Source: Penicillus capitatus
Lineage: Eukaryota; Plantae; Chlorophyta
Direction: 5' to 3'
DNA: 20,000 nt
NCBI GenBank assembly: GCA_965649825.1
Contig: OZ287711.1
Span: 25,101-45,100 of the forward strand
Within the stretch, counting starts at the first letter, position 1; each line of letters starts with the position of its first letter. Made by a program: the position numbers and the translations under genes. Under the pieces are notes generated by a model. The model did no database searches. It was not told the origin of the DNA and worked only from the letters and a program-made list of their open reading frames with translations. This document shows, one piece after another, positions 10,287 to 18,097 of this stretch.

Positions 10287-11304
10287 TCAGTCCAGATAGA
10301 ACAAGGTCACGATTTTCCGCAACTTCCGTGCCTCTTCACACGTCTCCAACATCAATCGCGAATCGTGAAACACAAAGCAAATGACCTGTCACGTGCAGAC
10401 ATCACACAAGGGTCACCACGCAGACATCATCGCTAACCGACACCACGCACTTGCTGCACTTTCATCAGGATGTTCTGATTGCACAGCTTGCTGGCATCGA
10501 ACAGACTCAGATCATTATTCCAAGGCATCTCAACGATGTTCTGCACCTTAAAGCCAAAAGAGAATCTCACTCTTTTCCTTCTCTATATCTGGAGCATTGC
10601 GTTCGATTACTTGCTTCAGAAGTTCTTGAGATTCTTGCGGTTGTTTGCGCAGGCTTTGTGGTAACACGACGGTGAGCTTTTCTGGCTTCTCTGCCCTCAG
10701 AGCGCCACGAATCACTGCAGCGTTTGTTCCAATGGCACCAGAGGTGTAGACATGATTTCCCTTGACCGACACAACAGCCTCGCCACGAAGCAGTGCGATG
10801 CCAAATGTGTTGACGTGTGTACCGTGAGTACCAATGCATAACTAAGAATCTCCACCAGTTTCTGATGCGTTACCCCCATGTTCCGGGTGCCAAAGAAACC
10901 AACAGCCTTAGGACCGTTCTGCTGAATGGCCAACAACTCCTAGATTTCACCAAAGGCATCGCCAATGAGACACCTGTTCTTCGTGCCGATCGCCATGGAC
11001 GCACCGAGAGGTACTCCAGATCGGCAGATTGTTTCTTTTCGGGATCGCTTTTCTCTCTCAGCTGTACACCTGCCACGGCACTCTGTCCTTGTGTCGGCAG
11101 GTCCACCTTCTCTTCGGGCGATTGCAGTCCTCTGATGATGTTCTTCTGTCCAGATGCATCGCATATTCGATATCTGGTCAGCGACGGGACGACGCGTCTT
11201 CTGGAGACGTAACCGGTGAAGGGACTTCGGATGAATTTTTTCGAAACACTTTTGCGAGGAATCGTTTCGTACACGGCATTTGATAAGTGAACAGGTCTGT
11301 TCAT
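10287..11304 (-). CDS. Plastid-targeted conserved protein of cyanobacterial type, SLOG (Smf/DprA/LOG) Rossmann-like fold
   Basis: Five exons, four GT-AG introns. Ser/Arg-rich transit-peptide-like N-terminus (MNRPVHLSN..FTGYVSRRRVV), then ADLEYLSELLAIQQNGPKAVGFFGTRNMG..HQKLVEILSYALVLTGNHVYTSGAIGTNAAVIRGALRAEKPEKLTVVLPQSL..QP.ESQELL..CN..VQQVICFVFHDSRL.LETCEEA..LRKIVTLFYLD*. I recognise this as a conserved plant/cyanobacterial family. TSGAIGTNAAVIRGAL parallels the DprA SG.A.GID.AAH.GAL motif. Confidence 0.85.
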
Positions 11305-11868
11305 CAAAAACCTCTTCGAGCAACCGCACAGTAACAAATACTCAAATGGAAGCTAGATGCTCATCAAAATTGAAGAGATCCCATACAATCCATCCCACAC
11401 AGCCAACACTGCTCAACCACAAGCAGACCGAGAAGCGCAAACATTGATCTTATGCGCATCCCCTGTCGAGGAATGTGTCAAGAATCATCTCATCGGGTTG
11501 CTATCGGAATGCCGTCGGTAAGGAGACGATAAAGGAGCTAGCTGTCGATATCTCGGCCGCGGCGTTCGTCTCGTCGGATCTCGGTATTGAGTTCCGTTGT
11601 GTGTTTGCATATTAGGTTAGAGTGCTATACTTTAAGGCAATGCGTGTGTTGTGTGCGACAAGAATCTTTGGTGCTGCGGTCATGGCATCCGCACGAACAC
11701 ACACTTGGTGGTCGGCATTGTGCGTCTGCGTCTGCCACCGACGACCTTCCAATTGCGTCATTCCAAGCTTAACACCCGCCAGTCCATTCTTCGCGATCTT
11801 TACAGCGACAAGACATCGATTACATCGAGCAGTTTGAATCGAGTACCCCATAAGGCCTGAAGGACACC
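11305..11868. promoter_or_regulatory. Divergent (bidirectional) promoter / 5'UTR region
   Basis: 564 nt between head-to-head start codons of the SLOG-like gene (11304, minus) and UFM1 (11869, plus). Inferred from gene orientation only. Confidence 0.5.
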
Positions 11869-12432
11869 ATGTGAGCGAAAGAGAAGGAAATGTGAACCGC
11901 AGCGAGCCGAATGCCGTGTTCGTGTGTGCTGTCCAGGAGCGAATCAAAGGTCACATTCAAGATTACGTTAACTTCAGACCCAAAACAGCCATTTCGAATG
12001 TGAGTGCAACACGGTGCGCCGTCGTCGTTTATCCGGGATGCTGGTCTGCAGTCTCAGCGTACCGGAGGAAGCGCCCTTCACTGCCGTCTTGAAGTATGCC
12101 GCCGAAGAGGTGGGTGCCACACCATTTGGCGCGTCCATCTGTCTCCATTCGTGTGTGTCTATCTTCGCAGTTCAAGGTCCCTGCTGCCACGAGTGCCATT
12201 CTGACGAAAGGTAATGCGCGTCGTGTGACATTGAGTTGGTCGGTCCCTTAAGAGGTCGCTGTTTAGATGGAGTGGGCATCAATCCTCGACAGAAAGCAGG
12301 TCGGTGCACGTTTGTTCTGAAAACTCCGAGGCGAAACAGGAAAGGAATGGTACAGGAAATGTTTTTCTAAAGCATGGAGGAGAGCTGAGTCTCATTCCGC
12401 GGGATAGAGTGGGCAGCACAATGCATGCATGA
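11869..12432 (+). CDS. UFM1: Ubiquitin-fold modifier 1 precursor (90 aa)
   Basis: Exons 11869-11870, 11937-11999, 12052-12109, 12171-12210, 12267-12299 and 12356-12432 give [90 protein letters not shown]. This closely matches the UFM1 consensus including the C-terminal RDRVG. Confidence 0.97.
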
Positions 12433-12731
12433 TAGGAACTGAGCCGTGATATGAAGCTGCTATGAAGTCCGGCGACCCTTCTGTCATTGGATGTTTTATT
12501 GCCTCATTTAAAGGAATCGCTCTCACACGTGTGACAACAAGAACGCGAAGAATGACGGGTGGAGTTATAACCAGAGACATCGTCTTCTCATCCAATTCGA
12601 AGAAGAAAGAGTAATAACGCGAACAAAGACGACATCTTACTGCATCGTTCGTTCTCCGTTTCCAAAAGACACTCTCGATCAAGATTCTCGGTATCCGAGC
12701 GGACACAGCGCTTCGCCTGAAACGAAACATC

Positions 12732-13970
12732 ATGGCACATCCAGCGAATATCCTTATCGAGAATCCACGATACATCGAGGTCTTATTCCGTATGCATCCG
12801 TCACGGGCGTCAAATGCGATGGGCTATGTTTAGGTGGAAAGATTGAGTGAGAGAGCACGGACGGTTGTCCTCAAGGCACAGGACACATCCCCGGTCGCGG
12901 CGGCAATGAACGCAGACAGGACGCCATTTCGGACGATAAGATGTTATAGAAAGCCACTCACCGTACACCATTGACTGTACCGTATGCATTCCCTGAAAGA
13001 GAAGTGGATGGTGTATAGGACGACTTCAAGCATAGGCTCTTTCGAGCGAGTTCGGTGCACAGGCAGACGAACGACCCCTGTATTTCGCAATTCTACGAGG
13101 TCTTTGATACGCGTCATTATACCTGTTACGTCATGGAATACGCTCCCGGGGGAAATCTGTTTGACTACGTAAGAGAAGAAGTTATCCAGACAGGTCGCGG
13201 ATTGCCAGAGAACGTCGCATGCTCGTTGTTCTGCGACTGTATCCACGCCCTTCGCCATCTCCATTCCCAAGTGCGCCGCCATCCATTATTCACATTTCGT
13301 CCATGTTGTGTTGGAATGGATAACAGAGTGCTGCGTATCGACAGCTGACACTGGATACGGTGCTGCTGAGTCATGACCGCACGAGAGCAAAGCTAAGCGA
13401 TTTCCTCCTGGCGCGATACTCTCATTCCTTTTGCCTCACGAAGCTGAATTTGTCTCACTACACGCCGCCAGAAATGTGTGCACTATTGCAGAATCCCGCC
13501 GACGAAAATGCCTTCTACGACGGAAAGGTATTCTCGACGACCGCCTTCTCCATATATCCATCCTTGTTCGTTTTAGATGGTCGATGTGTGGAGCTGCGGT
13601 GTGACGCTCTACTGTATGGTGTATGGAAGGTTCCCCTTCAACGTAGAACACGACGGGCATCAAAATGCGGCAGACGCAAATGCAGCCTTGATAAATGTAC
13701 GTGACGCTTGCTGGCGCCTTGTTGACGAACTCAGAGTTCTGTCGTGCTGTGCAGAAGATTTCTCAGATGGTCGTCGAATATGACGGTGCGGAAGTGAGCC
13801 AAGAATGTGTGGAACTCCTCAGGGACATCCTCTGTCCGTTGGAAGACAGAATCACGATCGCTGACATCATGCGGAGGCCATGGTTCATTCGAGGAGACCG
13901 TTTTCGCCAATTCGGCACTGTCAATCCTTATCATGTCCAGGCATGTTCAAATTATGATCTCGATTTATGA
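12732..13970 (+). CDS. SnRK2/CAMK-like protein kinase fold with degenerate catalytic motifs (pseudokinase), 321 aa
   Basis: Exons 12732-12779, 12834-12962, 13019-13270, 13327-13527, 13577-13696 and 13755-13970 (966 nt). C-lobe motifs are clear: [54 protein letters not shown]. Gly-loop, VAIK, HRD and DFG motifs are altered. Confidence 0.88.
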
Positions 13971-13995
13971 AACACACTGCTGATACAATGGTGTG

Positions 13996-14000
13996 TGTAA
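13996..14000 (+). promoter_or_regulatory. Candidate polyadenylation signal TGTAA (pseudokinase)
   Basis: TGTAA about 26 nt after the stop at 13970. Confidence 0.55.
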
Positions 14001-14506
14001 TCAGACGACGGACAGCATTGCAAACGTCATCTTCAACTGACGACACGGACCGGGCTGACATCTCGAAGACGTCGTCGATTCCGTTTATTTGTCCATGTCT
14101 GCGCGATCCCATACGTGGATAGAGAGACAGATAGGGTATCTACACCGTGATCTGTCATTCATCACTTCATTCGTCTATACGACATGTATTCTAAGAAGAC
14201 TCTTTGAGCCTCCGTCTATCACCCTGTAAAAACACCTTCACACATCACGCCTTCTCCTGGTCACACATTCGGTTTTTCACACACGTCACATCACGTATAG
14301 ATGCGCCTGCAGGACGTTGGAAAAGGAAGTTAACCATGTCTTGGCTCAGCAACACAGCAGGGCACCGTTTCCCTGACAATTATGAAATGTCCGTCCACTG
14401 AGTCATTGCTCAGTGGTCTGGTATAACAGCAAACAAGGATAGATACAATGTCAACAATGTCCACGAAAACACACATCAAAACTGTAGGTATACTGTACAG
14501 TCGTCG

Positions 14507-14511
14507 TTACA
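14507..14511 (-). promoter_or_regulatory. Candidate polyadenylation signal TGTAA (117-aa gene)
   Basis: Forward TTACA is TGTAA on the minus strand, about 37 nt after the stop at 14548. Confidence 0.55.
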
Positions 14512-14547
14512 GGACAGCAGCGACCGCTTATTCATTGAGTACCAATC

Positions 14548-15011
14548 TCACTTTTCTTTGTCATGAGGGAAACAGATCTTACACTTCCACACCCCATGCT
14601 CACAGTACTGCCCGGGCTTGCGTTTCTCTCGATGTTCCAACTAGCATCACAGAACAACGGTCAAGGACACTCAGACACACATAAAGACAGATAGTAGAAC
14701 ATACATGTCTCACATCCTTCTGCGCTCTCTTGCTGTTCGGATTCTGTTTCAGTCTCAACACCTTTAACTCATGCGCCGCTGCGGCTTTCTCTTCCGTCTT
14801 CTCGTGCTTCTTTGAATCGCGCACCTCTTTCAACGCCGCCTTAATCTCTGCCTGTCTTTTCTTCGACTCGGCCAACTTGTCTAACACACCGCCGCCACTG
14901 CCGCCTGTTCTCCTTCGTTCTCCGCTGTCTCGATGGCAGACCTTTCTTTCCAGTCGGACCTCCGTTCCGTCTGGACTGTCGTTCGGATACGAGTGTTTTG
15001 TAGTCCTCCAT
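14548..15011 (-). CDS. Small basic coiled-coil protein (117 aa) with C-terminal CxHx4Cx2C putative zinc knuckle
   Basis: Exons 15011-14942, 14904-14714 and 14640-14548 (introns 37 and 73 nt) give MEDYKTLVSERQSRRNGGPTGKKGGSGGGVLDKLAESKKRQAEIKAALKEVRDSKKHEKTEEKAAAAHELKVLRLKQNPNSKRAQKDLEHREKRKPGQYCEHGVWKCKICFPHDKEK*. Followed by a TGTAA signal. Confidence 0.78.
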
Positions 15012-15344
15012 TCCAACAGTTGATCGGTCCGTCTCGTACGTGCCGTGCGTTTGTTAGATGATGAAAATGGCGCATCCAATGGGAACGATTTCGTCCCGTC
15101 GTCGTCCTCTCCATCATCATTTCTTTTTGTTCTCGCTGGTTCTCACTCAGCGAGTCGTCCACTGCCATCTTCACGCGCGTCCACGTTTTTAAGACTCTCT
15201 CCATTAAGCAGCCATACATTGCGTTCTCTCTCGAGTGCTGTTTATGAAAAGACGGCTCGGGGAGGACCGAGAGCACGCAGCAGAGAGACAGCTGTTACCT
15301 TCCCCACTCTGTCGTCCTCTTCCTTTTCGAAAGAGACGTCTTTC
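15012..15344. promoter_or_regulatory. Divergent promoter / 5'UTR region
   Basis: 333 nt between head-to-head ATGs (15011 minus, 15345 plus); CT-rich on the plus strand. Confidence 0.5.
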
Positions 15345-17481
15345 ATGGCGGAAGAGGAGATCGCACGACTGACTGCCGCCGTCAATCGTTTTGCCATTCA
15401 AAAAGGCTGGGTGCCCAATTCGCATGATGAGATGGTCTGGGAGACATGGAAAGCATTCAGTACGGGACAGGGACATCGCGTATCGACGGCGTCCTCTTCG
15501 CGCTGCTCCGATGAAATGCTGCCCGTCTGGGAGCAATGCTCTACGATTCTAAACGGGCTGCTGCGAAACGGAAATGCCTATCTGTTCTCGAGGCCAGTCG
15601 ATCCTAAACGCGATGGCGTCCCTAATTATTTTGAAGTTATCAAGAAGCCGATGGATTTGGGAACGGTCAAGCAGAAACTGGCTCTGAATGCGCGACGCCG
15701 TCATGAGCCACTCAAAGCGGCCATGTATAAATGTCCTAGTGAATTTAAGGCAGACATGGATTTGATATGGGAGAACTGCTTTCTCTATAACCCCCCTGGA
15801 TATGAAGCGCATGACATGGGTGCGGCATTGAAGGCAGAATTCGAACGGAGATGGAAGGCACTGCGAATCGAAGAGAATATCCGAAAGATCCACAGAAAAG
15901 TGAGATACCTTGACAGCTCTGAATGGTGGTCCATCAGATATGTATGGTATGGCCTTTCTCTCAGTCGCAAGCCAGAGATGGATCGGGACACGAAGACTCG
16001 TCGAGAGCATTAAATTCGTCGATCGGCAAAGAATTCAAGAAGCGGAAACCTGGGATGCACGATACAGGCATCGCCTCTGGAAAAGAGAAAATGAATGATC
16101 AGTCGTCTGCTCGAAATTCGTTGCTCGAGCGACGAACGGATATGCATAATAATTTGTCACGTGACCACCATCCACCACACCAATCCCTTCCAGCTGCGAG
16201 AAAGGAGCGGGGGAAACATGGTGTCCTCGGATCGACTGCCAAGAATAATGCAAAAGTAGACAACATGCCATTGTTTGAGATGCGGGGGATGGATGGTCGT
16301 CATTGTGCTCAGAGAGTGGCTGATGTGACAGCACAACGAAGAAAGATAGATACAGTGTCGAAAGGAGGGATCAAGAAAACGCGTGCGGAGGGCGGCCAGA
16401 ATATGAAGAAAGGGACATTGGCTTCTCGAAAAGCGAATCGAACAACAACAGAAGGGCAGAAAGTGAAGAAACTATTGCAGTCTTGCAAGATGACCAGCAC
16501 CACCACCACCCCTAAAGAGCCTTCTTCCGCCAATCAGGGACACAGACAGCCGCCAAGGGAATGGATACCTCCGATCGAACGAGGCGGGGCGGATGGCACA
16601 TCACACAGGAGTATTCCAAGTTGCAAGCCTGTGGAGAAACCGCCGCCGCCGCCGCCACAACAGCAGCAACAGCAAGCGTCTCCCGAGCCAGTCGTACAAC
16701 AAGCGCCGCCGGCGGCGACGGTGGCGGTGCAAACACATGACGTCAAGCTGCAGAAATGCATTGCGTTGAATGAGCATTTGCAGAGATCTCTGAAAGGCCT
16801 CGAACGGAAAAACGAAAAACAGATGTCAGATTACGAGGCTCGGAGACGCCTGTCTCTCTTGCTGGAGACCATAAACTTGACACCTTTGAGTCTCGTCGTC
16901 GAGCATCTGATCGGCAAAGATCCTTCTGTTAGAGCAGGAACACCGTCAAGTATAGATCAGTTAGAAATCGAGACAGTGCGCCGAGCACTTAGAACGATCG
17001 GTGCCGCCAACAAAAGTGTGCACTGTCTTGCTGTCTTCCGATGGCGACAACAGATGCATTGTAGAGTCAAAGGCAGAGCAGCAGCATGTGGTCGAGGAGA
17101 ATCCACCTTGTTCAAAGAAACCGCCGCTCTCTTGCATGCAGCGTGTGACTTCGCCGATCCGGAGAGTCGATGCCGAGCAGGCTGCCAAGAGAAAGAGAAC
17201 AGAAGATGAAGGATGCCGTTTGGCGACCAAGACACCAATGGTAGGCGAAAATTGTGGCCTGTCCATCTGATGCATGGTTCTAGGTGAGTCCTCCCTCGCC
17301 TCCGTGGCATCGGCGTCTGACGCATAAACGTGAAGTGTGGGATAATGCTGTGGGTCTCTGTGGTGTGACACCCGGACAAGATGGTTCAGATTTAGGATTG
17401 ACACCTCGACAGGAATCAAATGAGAGCAGTTGGGAGGAGGCAGTGCCGGACGATTTAGAAGATGGGGAGATACTTGATTGA
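15345..17481 (+). CDS. GTE: BET/GTE-family transcription cofactor: one bromodomain plus extra-terminal (ET/NET) domain
   Basis: Bromodomain: AYLFSRPVDP..VPNYFEVIKKPMDLGTVKQKL..Y..F.ADMDLIWENCFLYNPPG, with the acetyl-Lys-binding Asn present. ET-like region: KQMSDYEARRRLSLLLETINLTPLSLVVEHL..DPS..IDQLEIETVRRAL. Introns 15900-15964, 17001 (or 17016)-17064 and 17241-17283; stop TGA 17479-17481. Confidence 0.88.
16640..16675 (+). repeat. CCG / CAG-CAA trinucleotide run encoding PPPPPP-QQQQQQ
   Basis: Seen directly within the GTE CDS (ccgccgccgccgccgccacaacagcagcaacagcaa). Confidence 0.8.
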
Positions 17482-17495
17482 CAGCTGTTTGTGTG

Positions 17496-17514
17496 CGTTC
17501 GTTCGTTCGTTCGT
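17496..17514 (+). repeat. (CGTT)4 microsatellite in the GTE 3' flank
   Basis: cgttcgttcgttcgttcgt seen directly. Confidence 0.8.
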
Positions 17515-17944
17515 GCGTCCAAGCGAGGGAGCGAGCGAGAATGAGCACCACGCATGCAGCAGCAGAGGCAGGAGGCGACGGCAGCAGCATCTGATCTGCG
17601 TTTTGTCGTCATGTCTCATAGATGACAAAGATGTTGCATCTCAAACGCTTCTTGCGGCAACGTGTTTCCATCTCTCGCGCTCGTGTTGAATGAACGGTCA
17701 GCTGAAGACAAAGGCAAAGAAAACCGCATTCAAGCAGAAAACACGCGCTTTGTCAACGACACAGCAACACAACGATGCAGAAAGCCGCTCACGTCATTCC
17801 ACACTTCACGATGGTCGAAACACACGATGGTGTGACGAGACGCGCGAGGAGAGAAGGGTAAGAGGCATTGTGGCAAGGGGCCCAGCCGCACGACCGACGG
17901 TGCGTTCTTGCAAAGCGCTTCCCTCACTCATTTACGAGAGCGAA

Positions 17945-17963
17945 CGCACGCACGCACGCACGC
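17945..17963 (+). repeat. (CGCA)4 microsatellite upstream of the RNF10-like gene
   Basis: cgcacgcacgcacgcacgc seen directly. Confidence 0.8.
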
Positions 17964-18097
17964 GGGTATCGTCTGACACGGTGACGACACCTGTCTTGTC
18001 TTCCTAGGCGCGTCCGACAGCAACGCAGCAGCCACAACAGACGCCTTCAAGAGGGAAGAAGAAGAACGCCGTTGCAGCTAATCCGCCGGCAGCGTCC

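Noticed and set aside
11587-11947. Several short ORFs upstream of UFM1 on both strands
   Set aside because: Cys/Arg-rich, non-coding-like composition; best explained as promoter/5'UTR.
12392-12775. 127-aa minus-strand ORF
   Set aside because: Overlaps the UFM1 3' end and the pseudokinase start in antisense; no family signal.
15045-15344. 100-codon in-frame extension upstream of the GTE ATG
   Set aside because: Starts at GTG, is Ser-rich from CT-rich promoter DNA, and occupies the divergent promoter shared with the 117-aa gene; ATG 15345 is preferred.
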